DNA of 64,000 nucleotides from an uncultured Gammaproteobacteria bacterium (GCA_964394645.1 CAYMYC010000002.1:28105-92104), one strand, 5' to 3'; counted from the first letter of the stretch, positions 19,751-27,914 are shown. Numbers and translations are program-made. The notes: a model not told the origin generated them from the letters alone.

Positions 19751-21127
19751 CTAAAGCTTATTAACCTCTTTTTTAAACTGTTGACCACGGTCTTTGTAGC
19801 TTTTGAACATGTCAAAGCTGGCGCAGGCTGGTGAAAGAATCACTATATCCCCCAATGTGGCAAGTTTTGCCGTATTTTCTACAATCTCATGCATATTGCG
19901 ACTTCCCTCTATGACTTTAATTTTTGCGAGCGCCTGACTATTAATTTTCTCCTTAATTCTACTCCATTCCATTCCTCCCACCACAATTGCTTTTATATTT
20001 TTTGCGCTTGATATTGTATTTCCAAGCTCAGAAAAGTCAGAATTTTTAGATGATCCGCCTAAGATTATAACTTCAGGGTCAGAAAACGCTTCAATTGCAG
20101 CAATAGCGGTTTCAGGAGTAGTTGAGAAAGAATCGTCATAGTAGCGTACTCCGTTAACCGTTTTTACTAACTCTAGTCTGTGCTCAAGTCCCTTAAATGT
20201 TTTGAGAACCTCTGTGATAGCTTTCATTTTTACTCCTCCCAAAATAGCAGCCATAATTGCTGCGCATATGTTTTCCAAATTGTGCCGACCAGGAAGTAGG
20301 ATGTCTTTTGTATCCAGTACCTTTTCTTCTTTGCCAGTTATATTTATATAAATTGCATTATCCCTGACAAAGCAGCCCTGGTTTATATCCTGGATTCTGC
20401 TCACTTTATAAATTTTGGCTTCAGTATGCAGATCTGATTCATTGCTTGCGGGGTAGTCTTTATTTACTATCGCATAGTCTCCTTTTTCTTGAAATTTAAA
20501 TATATTTCGTTTTGCGTCTATATATTCATATACGTCTTTGTGGTAATCCAGATGTTCAGATGTAGTCATAAGCATGACTGCAATATGAGGGCTTGATGAT
20601 AAATCTTGAAGTTGGAAAGAAGACATCTCTAGAACCACTTTTGATGTGGGTGTTAGGTTATCCAAAAAAGAGATAGGTGGGGTTCCTATGTTTCCGCCTA
20701 AGTATGCATCATAACCCTCTTTTTTTAACATTTCGTAAATTAAAGAAGATGTGGTCCCCTTACCTTTCGTACCTGTCACGCCAATAATCGGACAAGGGCA
20801 TACATCAAAAAACAGTTGCGTTTGGGAGGTTATAATAGCGCCATTTTTTGAAGCATTAAGAATTGCTTCATGGTCGCCTTTAATTCCAGGGCTTCTGAAA
20901 ATAATATCAAATGATGAAAGATTGGGAAATGTTTTTGCTCCAAACAAAACAGGGATATTGAGGGATTTTATCTTTTGAATCGTGTCATTGTCATGATCTG
21001 TTTCTTTTTTCTGGTCGTAAATAGTAATTTCGCAATTGTATGTTTTTAGAATCTTTACCAATGCTTCTCCTTCTATTCCTATTCCTAAAACTGCTATTTT
21101 TTTATTTTTTAAATCATCAATTTTCAT
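19751..21127 (-). CDS. murD: UDP-N-acetylmuramoyl-L-alanine--D-glutamate ligase
   Basis: GVTGTKGKGTT, GGNIG, LEMSSFQL, HRLE, LSPACASFD. Confidence 0.95.
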   Translation of the reverse strand: MKIDDLKNKKIAVLGIGIEGEALVKILKTYNCEITIYDQKKETDHDNDTIQKIKSLNIPVLFGAKTFPNLSSFDIIFRSPGIKGDHEAILNASKNGAIITSQTQLFFDVCPCPIIGVTGTKGKGTTSSLIYEMLKKEGYDAYLGGNIGTPPISFLDNLTPTSKVVLEMSSFQLQDLSSSPHIAVMLMTTSEHLDYHKDVYEYIDAKRNIFKFQEKGDYAIVNKDYPASNESDLHTEAKIYKVSRIQDINQGCFVRDNAIYINITGKEEKVLDTKDILLPGRHNLENICAAIMAAILGGVKMKAITEVLKTFKGLEHRLELVKTVNGVRYYDDSFSTTPETAIAAIEAFSDPEVIILGGSSKNSDFSELGNTISSAKNIKAIVVGGMEWSRIKEKINSQALAKIKVIEGSRNMHEIVENTAKLATLGDIVILSPACASFDMFKSYKDRGQQFKKEVNKL

Positions 21128-21912
21128 AGTTTTGTATGCACTGCTTTAATTTGTTTTCCGGTAAGGTTTTTAACTTTATCTTGGAATTCTAGTGTTGCCC
21201 CTGTTGTATAATACCAATCTTCACCCCTTTTTGCAGTGGAAAGCAACTTTTCCTGTGTTAACACCAGTTTTACTTGCCGTGCAACCGCCCCTCCTGAGTC
21301 AAGAATTTGAATATTCTTGCCTGCTGCCTCCTGAAGTTTGTCTTTTAAAAATGGGTAATGAGTACACCCTAGCGCAATTGAGTCAACTCCAAGTTTTTTT
21401 AGCGGTTCCATGTGTTTTTTAAGAATTGTTGAAATTTTAGGATCTGATAGGTCGCCTTTTTCAATTATGCCCTCAAGTCCAGTATCCCCTACTTTATAAA
21501 CAGTTATATTCTGTCCAAACTCTGATATTAAAAGATCTAAGTAAATACTTTTAGTAGTAATGGGAGTGGCAAGAACTGCTGTTTTTTTTGTTTTTGAGAC
21601 TGAGGCAAGTGTTTTTATAACCGGTACGACTCCAATAAGAGGAATAGAGAAATTTTTGCGCAAATATTTAATGGAGCTTGTGCTGGCAGTGTTACAAGCT
21701 ACAACAATGAGTTTCACATTTTTTCCTATGAGAAACTCAGATACCTGTTTTGTTCTTTCTTGCAGTTCAGATATTGTGCGTTTTCCGTATGGAGCGAATG
21801 CTTGATCCGCAAGATATATAAAATTCTCCTGTGGCAATATTTTTTCTATTTCTGAGAGTATTGTTAAGCCTCCAACTCCTGAGTCAAAGATTCCAATTGG
21901 TCTATCCTGCAT
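21124..21912 (-). CDS. murI: Glutamate racemase
   Basis: IGIFDSGVGGLT, VACNTAS, LGCTHYP; true start is ATG 21912 (the ORF-track extension runs through a tRNA). Confidence 0.95.
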   Translation of the reverse strand: MQDRPIGIFDSGVGGLTILSEIEKILPQENFIYLADQAFAPYGKRTISELQERTKQVSEFLIGKNVKLIVVACNTASTSSIKYLRKNFSIPLIGVVPVIKTLASVSKTKKTAVLATPITTKSIYLDLLISEFGQNITVYKVGDTGLEGIIEKGDLSDPKISTILKKHMEPLKKLGVDSIALGCTHYPFLKDKLQEAAGKNIQILDSGGAVARQVKLVLTQEKLLSTAKRGEDWYYTTGATLEFQDKVKNLTGKQIKAVHTKL

Positions 21913-21923
21913 ATTATTCAAAG

Positions 21924-21995
21924 TGGCTGGGGTGGGGTTTGAACCCACGACCGCAGGGATATGAATCCTGTGCTCTACCACTGAGCTACCCAGCC
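21924..21995 (-). tRNA. tRNA with CAT anticodon (elongator Met likely; Ile2 not excluded)
   Basis: GGCTGGG TA GCTC AGTGGTA GAGC A CAGGA TTCATAT CCCTG CGGTC GTGGG TTCAAAC CCCAC CCCAGCC A; G1-C72 paired. Confidence 0.9.
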
Positions 21996-22051
21996 AAACG
22001 TGTTCTTTATTGTACCAAAAATAGCCTCAAGAAGGAAATTGGGGTAATTTC

Positions 22052-22080
22052 TTGTCCGAAACGGTTGTATTCGTTATAAT
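22052..22080 (+). promoter_or_regulatory. Sigma-70 promoter for the tRNA-Ser(GGA) transcript
   Basis: TTGTCC-17 nt-TATAAT (22075-22080). Confidence 0.6.
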
Positions 22081-22153
22081 ATGCAAGCTTGGGGGAGTCG
22101 GATAACAACCATGATAGTAATCAGAACGTTGACCGATCCTCTGCGTTTTCACT

Positions 22154-22242
22154 GGAGGAGTCGGATAGTGGACCATTCCGATTGCTTGGAAAGCAATTGT
22201 GCTGAAAGGCACGCGCGAGTTCGAATCTCGCCTCCTCCGCCA
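22154..22242 (+). tRNA. tRNA-Ser(GGA)
   Basis: GGAGGAG...ATTGC TTGGAAA GCAAT, long variable arm, GTTCGAATC, G73 and encoded CCA. Confidence 0.93.
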
Positions 22243-22244
22243 AT

Positions 22245-22685
22245 CTAACTTTTTACAAGCCTTTCAATTATTGGCATGGCTTCTGTGAACACTTTTTTAT
22301 CTGATTTATAAGTTAATCTTTCCATTACTTTCTCTCTCGGAAGCCATTCTACATTTTCCATCTCATGATCGTGTTTTGTAATATCTCCTCCTGCGTAGCG
22401 CATGATAAAGTAATATACCGTTTTTTTTCTCTTAATTCCTTCCATCATATACCAGTACATGACTGGTTTTACTTCTGTAATAATTTCTCCATCCGCTCCC
22501 GTTTCCTCTTTCACTTCACGCACAGCTGTTTCTTTTTTGCTCTCTCCCTGTAGGTGTTCTTTATCCCCTATTAATCCTTTCGGAAACACCCATCCATGGT
22601 GGAATGAATGCTGTGAGACAAGAATAAAAACTGAGTCGCCTTCAACTTTAAATACTACCCCTCCTGCAGAATATTCAAATATCAT
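22245..22685 (-). CDS. NUDIX hydrolase
   Basis: SAGGVV, WVFPKG...ETAVREVKEETG Nudix box. Confidence 0.9.
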   Translation of the reverse strand: MIFEYSAGGVVFKVEGDSVFILVSQHSFHHGWVFPKGLIGDKEHLQGESKKETAVREVKEETGADGEIITEVKPVMYWYMMEGIKRKKTVYYFIMRYAGGDITKHDHEMENVEWLPREKVMERLTYKSDKKVFTEAMPIIERLVKS

Positions 22686-22796
22686 AATACTATTATATCA
22701 TTCTTTAGGCTCAAAAATTGATTTGGAGGTCAAAATACACTAAAATATCACCTACAGTCTGTCCCTTCGTGGTGAGGTAAGACGCGCTTATTGTAT

Positions 22797-22870
22797 GCAC
22801 CCGTAGCTCAATGGATAGAGCATTGGATTGCGGATCCAAAGGTTTGGTGGTTCGACCCCACTCGGGTGCG
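22797..22870 (+). tRNA. tRNA-Arg(GCG)
   Basis: GCACCCG TA GCTC AATGGATA GAGC A TTGGA TTGCGGA TCCAA...GGTTCGACCC...CGGGTGC G. Confidence 0.92.
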
Positions 22871-22924
22871 CTTCGATTCTTTAGTGCAGATGTTTCCAGA
22901 TGAGAAAGGAAAGAGCTAGTGAAT

Positions 22925-23009
22925 GGAGGGTTCGCATAGTGGTCAATTGCACGAGTTTCGAAAACTCGATCCCGTAAGGGATTCACAGGTTCAAATCCTG
23001 TACCCTCCG
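22925..23009 (+). tRNA. tRNA-Ser(CGA)
   Basis: GGAGGGT...CGAGT TTCGAAA ACTCG, variable arm ATCCC GTAA GGGAT, GGTTCAAATCC, ACCCTCC G. Confidence 0.93.
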
Positions 23010-23056
23010 CTTACATTTTGATTGAATTAAATTTATAAATCCCAAAAGTTGCGAAT

Positions 23057-23136
23057 ATGCGCCTGTAGCTCAATGGATAAGGAAACCTTGTCCATTTCGC
23101 AACAAGTGAAAACATGCGCCTGTAGCTCAATGGATA
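23057..23136 (+). repeat. 23-bp perfect direct repeat of the tRNA-Arg(CCG) 5' end
   Basis: ATGCGCCTGTAGCTCAATGGATA at 23057-23079 and 23114-23136. Confidence 0.95.
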
Positions 23137-23188
23137 GAGTACAAGATTCCGGATCTTGCGGTTGGTGGTTCGACCCCACTCAGGCGCG
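23116..23188 (+). tRNA. tRNA-Arg(CCG)
   Basis: GCGCCTG TA GCTC AATGGATA GAGT A CAAGA TTCCGGA TCTTG...GGTTCGACCC...CAGGCGC G. Confidence 0.93.
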
Positions 23189-23189
23189 C

Positions 23190-23744
23190 TTAAGAGGACT
23201 TATCGAGTGGGAAATTTTTAGATAACCAATCTCCTGACTTTTCCATAAATGTTTGTTTTACAACCTCCCGATAAGGAAGAAAATTGATTAAAACCCGTCG
23301 CGTATGGTCTCGGGGTACATTACCTAATGTTAGTCTCAACTCTCCGGGGATAAGTGCTTCAGTCCGAATAATGAGAGTATCTACTTTATCAATTTTCTTA
23401 AAAAAGAAATCATACAGTTCCCCCCAAATATAAAAATGGTCTTCTACCTTAACTCCTTCTGTTGAAATCCTATAATGAAAATCTTTTGGAGGAACTAGAG
23501 ATAAGACAATTGATAGGAAGGTGATTGCTGCAACAGCTAGCATCAGTTGGTATTGGGCAAAAAGAAATACAATAACCTCAATAAAGAAAAATATAAGAAG
23601 CGCAGACGTGTAAAACTCTTTCCCTTTTTTTCTCCACGGTCGCCCGGGTGCAGTCCATGATAAAAGCGTTCTTACATCAGTGTAGTTTTGTGGGTAAGAA
23701 GAATCAGGTTGGTTAGCTTCATTCTCCATCTTTTTATCATGCAC
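23190..23744 (-). CDS. Hypothetical two-TM membrane protein (DUF5673-like/PH-like C-terminus)
   Basis: LLSWTAP...two TM helices...YRISTEGVKV...W.EL..F. Confidence 0.7.
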   Translation of the reverse strand: MHDKKMENEANQPDSSYPQNYTDVRTLLSWTAPGRPWRKKGKEFYTSALLIFFFIEVIVFLFAQYQLMLAVAAITFLSIVLSLVPPKDFHYRISTEGVKVEDHFYIWGELYDFFFKKIDKVDTLIIRTEALIPGELRLTLGNVPRDHTRRVLINFLPYREVVKQTFMEKSGDWLSKNFPLDKSS

Positions 23745-23785
23745 TAAAATAGAGAATAAATCAATACAATACTCAGGAGCGTTGC

Positions 23786-24655
23786 CTAGAGTTCTATAAG
23801 AGTTGTGCTTTCTGTTGGTTTAGCGTCTTTAATGTATTGCAGGTAGCGTTCAGTTGAGGAAAGCCGTTTGTGTCCTAAGACTTTGGATAGGAAAGTAAGT
23901 GAAACACCATTTCTTAAATGATGAGCAACAAAGGTGTGTCTAAGATCATTTATTTTTGCATTTTCTATGCCTCCTTTTCTAAAGTACCGCTCTACTGCAT
24001 CTCTTATGTTGCGAACTAAAAATGGCTTTCCCGTTTTTGTAATAAATACATGGTTATCTGTTGTCTCAGGACGTATGGCAAGATATCTTTTAAGCGCGTC
24101 CTTTGCGCGTCTGTTTAGTTGAACATCACGCGCTGCATGCCCCTCATATGGTGCTATATGAAGCGCGTTTTCTTCAACATCATTCATCTTAAGCCCCGCT
24201 AACTCTCCAATTCTAATTCCAGTTTGTAGAAGAACTTCAATAATCGCATACAATCTTGGGTCAACAGAGGCAGCGTCTCTTAAGGCTCTGTATTCTAAGG
24301 GGGTTAATACTCTGGGAGGTGAAAGTTCATATTTTGGATGAGATACAAGCAAAGAAGGGTCATCAGTAACAAATTCATTAACCTTTAAAAATCTATAAAA
24401 TGTTCTGGTAGAGTTTAACTTTCTTGAAAGAGATTTAGGAGTATACCCTTTTTCTTGAAGGCTCGCCAAAAACGCCTGAATATCCTCTGATGTTACATCT
24501 TTAATATGTTCTTTTTTGAGTTCCTCAAGAAAGAACATTAGCTGGTCAATGTCTTTTCCGTATGCTAATATGGTTGCGGATGCACGTTTCTTTGACCTTA
24601 AGAAGTCGTGAAACTTTGCGTGTGCGTCTCTAGTTTTTACTGGATCAGTATTCAT
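23786..24655 (-). CDS. XerC/XerD-like tyrosine recombinase
   Basis: N-terminal SAM-like domain (TILAYGKD...SLSRKLNSTRTFYRFL); TGIRIGE, NDLRHTF, LGHK, TERY. Confidence 0.9.
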   Translation of the reverse strand: MNTDPVKTRDAHAKFHDFLRSKKRASATILAYGKDIDQLMFFLEELKKEHIKDVTSEDIQAFLASLQEKGYTPKSLSRKLNSTRTFYRFLKVNEFVTDDPSLLVSHPKYELSPPRVLTPLEYRALRDAASVDPRLYAIIEVLLQTGIRIGELAGLKMNDVEENALHIAPYEGHAARDVQLNRRAKDALKRYLAIRPETTDNHVFITKTGKPFLVRNIRDAVERYFRKGGIENAKINDLRHTFVAHHLRNGVSLTFLSKVLGHKRLSSTERYLQYIKDAKPTESTTLIEL

Positions 24656-24746
24656 AAAAAAGTATTGTATCCTATATGAAAGAATAAGAAAAGATATAAT
24701 TAAAAGCGGCAGAGAAGATTAGTCCCTTTTCTTAAAAGTAAAGCCT

Positions 24747-24775
24747 ATAATATCAGGATCTACGCACAATGTCAA
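24747..24775 (-). promoter_or_regulatory. Sigma-70 promoter of the tyrosine recombinase gene
   Basis: Minus strand TTGACA-17 nt-TATTAT. Confidence 0.6.
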
Positions 24776-25128
24776 GAACAAACATATTTTCTTACCTCAA
24801 AAAAGTGGCTATTGTAGGCGTATTAATTATTTTGGTAGTGATCATTAAAAACATTCTTACATCTATTCTTTCCACGCATGATAGAGCTCAAATCTTAAAA
24901 GAATTGCAAAACGAACTGTCTCAAAAAAAAGAGGAACAAGCGTTTCTGTCTCAAAAGTTATATTACGCAAAAACTGATGCATTTGTAGAGGAGGAAGCAA
25001 GGCAGAAGCTTGGAATGATCCGTGAGGGTGAAGTTGTAGTAATAGATGAGAAAGTTAAGCCTGTGAAACGACCAGTAGCTCCAAAAAATAAGCAAGTGTG
25101 GCAAATGTGGTGGGAGCTATTTTTCTAA
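24769..25128 (+). CDS. Septum formation initiator (FtsB/DivIC family)
   Basis: TM, coiled coil, FVEEEARQKLGMIREGE motif. Confidence 0.85.
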   Translation: MSRTNIFSYLKKVAIVGVLIILVVIIKNILTSILSTHDRAQILKELQNELSQKKEEQAFLSQKLYYAKTDAFVEEEARQKLGMIREGEVVVIDEKVKPVKRPVAPKNKQVWQMWWELFF

Positions 25129-25187
25129 AAATGGTATCTCTTGCATTTTTTTCTTAAGTTTTATATTATTGCGTAGTAATTTAAAAA

Positions 25188-25391
25188 ATGAAGAAAGAAA
25201 ATTTTTTTGTAAGCCCCATAACTATGAGTCCAGTGGTTATTTCGCAGCCTCCCATGCGGGTTGAGCCATGTGGACAAGACAAAAAGACTGAAGCACTGCA
25301 AAGATATGCTTTCCCAGGCTTGTCTAGCCCAAATTCCCTTCAAAGAAAAGTAAATCCGATTTCGCGATCCAAGCACGGGAATTCCCGCTAA
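25188..25391 (+). CDS. Possible small hypothetical protein (67 aa)
   Basis: ATG ORF that fills the gap between the ftsB-like gene and the kinase; no recognisable motif. Confidence 0.35.
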   Translation: MKKENFFVSPITMSPVVISQPPMRVEPCGQDKKTEALQRYAFPGLSSPNSLQRKVNPISRSKHGNSR

Positions 25392-25405
25392 GTCCTCTTC
25401 TTGCT

Positions 25406-26590
25406 CTAGCTTTTTTGCTCTCTTGTTATGGGTAGTTTAACAATAAATTTTGTTCCACCATTTTCCTTACTAGATACATGTATAGTGCCTTTATGTGCTC
25501 GTATTATTTGTTCTGTAATATATAGTCCTACACCCAATCCTTTATAATCCTCAGATGAAACGCCTCGTTCAAAAAGTCCGAAAATATCTTTTTGCTTTTT
25601 CTTTGAGATCCCTATTCCATGGTCTTCTATTAATATTTCGGCAGTATTTCCATGTCTTTTTACCGTAACTTCAATAGGTTTTTTCTCTCCGTATTTTATT
25701 GCGTTTGAAATAAGATTAGATGCTGCTTGTTCAATTCTTATTTTATCCCAAAATCCAATAATAGATTTTTGCGCCTTAAACATAACCTGGTATCCTTCGC
25801 GATCAAATCGTGTTTCAAAATCATTTAAAACTCCCTGTACAATTTTCCCTAAATCACAATTTTCTCGTTCCAAAACTAGATTTCCAGTAGTCATGATGGA
25901 AATATTAAATAATTCAGAAATAATTTTTGATAAACGTTTTGTTTGGTGTTCGACACTCTCTAGCATTTTAAGTAGGCTTTCAATTGAGAAATGAGCTAAA
26001 GATACATTTCTGATATTGTGAAGTGCTGTTTGAGTCTGTAGAAGCATGGATGTAAGAGGAGTTTTTAGTTCATGGGATGCAATTGATAAGAATTCGTCTC
26101 TGAGTTTTATTTCTTTTTTTAAAGACTCGTTTGTTATTGTTAGTATTTCTATTTGTTTTTTTGTTTCTCTTGCCTGGTGCCTATATTTTGCTATGTGTTC
26201 CTGACGTTTCCCAAGATCTATTAAAATACTTAATAGTGCTCCTTCCACAATGAGAAGAATGGATCGTGTAATTATTGCGAAAAGATAAGCGGATGTATGT
26301 ATAGATCCTAAATATAATGTTGTAACTCCTAAGCCACAGGCTAAAAAAATGGAAGCAGCGATGCCTGTTTTATACCCTCCAACCCACGCTGACAGACCTA
26401 TTCCAAAAAGAGCAAGAAGTATTGCCATGGAGGCATCTATTAGCTGTGGGAATAATATATGAAGCAAGATAAGCGTAAAAGATATCGTTGGAGGCAAAAA
26501 AAAGTTTAAAATAACTCTCAGGTTCTTTGTGGGAGATGTTTTTTTCTTGAATAAAACTTCAAATGATCTCACAAGAGTATTATACCCCAC
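25406..26590 (-). CDS. Membrane sensor histidine kinase (intramembrane-sensing, about 4 TM)
   Basis: FLSIASHELKTPLTS (H box), NLISNAIKY (N), DHGIGI (G1), GLGVGL (G2). Confidence 0.93.
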   Translation of the reverse strand: MGYNTLVRSFEVLFKKKTSPTKNLRVILNFFLPPTISFTLILLHILFPQLIDASMAILLALFGIGLSAWVGGYKTGIAASIFLACGLGVTTLYLGSIHTSAYLFAIITRSILLIVEGALLSILIDLGKRQEHIAKYRHQARETKKQIEILTITNESLKKEIKLRDEFLSIASHELKTPLTSMLLQTQTALHNIRNVSLAHFSIESLLKMLESVEHQTKRLSKIISELFNISIMTTGNLVLERENCDLGKIVQGVLNDFETRFDREGYQVMFKAQKSIIGFWDKIRIEQAASNLISNAIKYGEKKPIEVTVKRHGNTAEILIEDHGIGISKKKQKDIFGLFERGVSSEDYKGLGVGLYITEQIIRAHKGTIHVSSKENGGTKFIVKLPITREQKS

Positions 26591-26622
26591 TTTTCTTTTT
26601 TTGATGATCTTAAGAGAATATT

Positions 26623-26665
26623 CTTGCCTTTTTCTTGCAAAATCATTACAGATACTATGTAAAAT
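26623..26665 (+). promoter_or_regulatory. Three 11-bp-spaced boxes plus a -10 element upstream of the response regulators
   Basis: CTTGCC (26623), CTTGCA (26634), ATTACA (26645); TAAAAT at 26660. Confidence 0.5.
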
Positions 26666-26674
26666 CTAGCTAGA

Positions 26675-27055
26675 ATGCGAACTATGGATAAGTCAGTTGT
26701 TCCAAAAAAAATTTTTGTTGTGGATGACGATGTATTTATAGGTAATATATTGAAAATAATTCTTGAGAGCGAGCGTTACCGGGTGTCCCCTTTTACTACA
26801 GGAAGATCCGCACTTCAACTTTGTTCTAAAAAAATACCTGACCTTTTAATACTTGACTACTTTCTTATGGGAGAAAATTTTAGTGAGATTATCCATGGGT
26901 TTAAGAGTAAAAGAGGGGAAAATTTTCCAATTATATTAATGTCAGCAAATAAAGTGCCGATAGATATTGTTAAGGAGTATAAAATAAGAGAGTTTGTTGA
27001 AAAGCCATTTCAAAGAGACACAATAGTAGCTGCTGTCATAAGAAATTTGAATTAA
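26675..27055 (+). CDS. Single-domain response regulator (receiver only)
   Basis: VVDDD, LLILDY, ILMSA, EKPF. Confidence 0.88.
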   Translation: MRTMDKSVVPKKIFVVDDDVFIGNILKIILESERYRVSPFTTGRSALQLCSKKIPDLLILDYFLMGENFSEIIHGFKSKRGENFPIILMSANKVPIDIVKEYKIREFVEKPFQRDTIVAAVIRNLN

Positions 27056-27077
27056 GACCTGCTATAATTTGGCGATA

Positions 27078-27743
27078 ATGAACAAAATATTAGTCGTTGA
27101 GGATGACGATGCAATACGGAATGGGATTTGTGATTTTTTGATTTCAAACAATTATCTAGTCGAGTCAGTATCTGATGGGGCATCAGCAATTGGTGCAGTT
27201 AAAAAAAATCTCCCAGACCTAATAATTTTAGATCTTACCCTCCCTAAGATCACAGGGGAATCTGTGTGTAAGGAAATAAAAAAAAGTAATCCTGAACTTC
27301 CAATAATTATTCTTACAGCAAAAAATAAGTCAACAGATGTCCTTGGAGGATTTTCCTTGGGAGCAGATGATTATATTAGTAAACCGTTTGAGCTAGAAGA
27401 GCTTATGGTAAGAATTCATGCTCGAATTAAAAAAAATTACCCAAGCACTAAATTAGAGGCTGGGGATTTGGTTCTTGATCCCCAAACAATGCTTGTAACA
27501 CGGGGAGGAAAAGAGATCATGCTTACTCCTCATGAGTTTAGATTGCTTGAATTTTTACTCATGAATAAAGGAAAGGTATTAACCCGCGATATGATTCTAA
27601 GTAGGGTATGGGAATACTCTTACGATGTAGATACGAGGGTGGTTGATGTTTATGTAGGGTATTTGAGAAAGAAAATAGATTTTGGTCACACAAAAAAACT
27701 CATATCATCCATGCGAGGATTTGGGTATGTCATCAAAGAATAG
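27078..27743 (+). CDS. OmpR/PhoB-family response regulator
   Basis: ILVVEDD, ILDLTLP, GADDYISKPF, winged helix VDVYVGYLRKKI...RGFGY. Confidence 0.95.
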   Translation: MNKILVVEDDDAIRNGICDFLISNNYLVESVSDGASAIGAVKKNLPDLIILDLTLPKITGESVCKEIKKSNPELPIIILTAKNKSTDVLGGFSLGADDYISKPFELEELMVRIHARIKKNYPSTKLEAGDLVLDPQTMLVTRGGKEIMLTPHEFRLLEFLLMNKGKVLTRDMILSRVWEYSYDVDTRVVDVYVGYLRKKIDFGHTKKLISSMRGFGYVIKE

Positions 27744-27753
27744 AAGGTTCCCT

Positions 27754-27807
27754 CTTACAGTCTTCTTTCATTTTTTTTATTTGCTTCTTAGATGCACGCA
27801 CTATACT
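27754..27807 (+). promoter_or_regulatory. Four 11-bp-spaced boxes plus a -10 element
   Basis: CTTACA (27754), CTTTCA (27765), TTTATT (27776), CTTAGA (27787); TATACT at 27802. Confidence 0.5.
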
Positions 27808-27813
27808 TTCTAT

Positions 27814-27909
27814 ATGTTAATTTTACTTTCAGATATATTTAATTACACATTTTTCAGGTCGTTTTGGGATGTTTTAATGACGAGTCCATCAGAGGATCGG
27901 TACGTTTAA
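27814..27909 (+). CDS. Putative leaderless 31-aa peptide MLILLSDIFNYTFFRSFWDVLMTSPSEDRYV
   Basis: ATG lies 6 nt after TATACT; the stop is 5 nt before the next ATG (27915). Confidence 0.45.
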   Translation: MLILLSDIFNYTFFRSFWDVLMTSPSEDRYV

Positions 27910-27914
27910 TAAAT

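Noticed and set aside
22091-22143. Hairpin as SRP (4.5S) RNA
   Set aside because: Lacks the domain IV CAGG...GNRA...AGCA signature.
21913-22212. N-terminal extension of murI and ORFs 21831-22079 and 22027-22212
   Set aside because: They run through tRNA genes.
22711-22986. 91-aa minus-strand ORF
   Set aside because: Antisense to tRNA-Arg(GCG) and tRNA-Ser(CGA).
23057-23136. 23-nt repeat with 34-nt spacer as a mini CRISPR array
   Set aside because: Only two copies, the repeat is a tRNA 5' end, the spacer is antisense to the repeat, and no cas genes are present.
23786-24655. Recombinase as a prophage or island integrase
   Set aside because: No arm-binding domain, no tRNA 3' duplication, and flanked by housekeeping-type genes; no dif-like site recognised.
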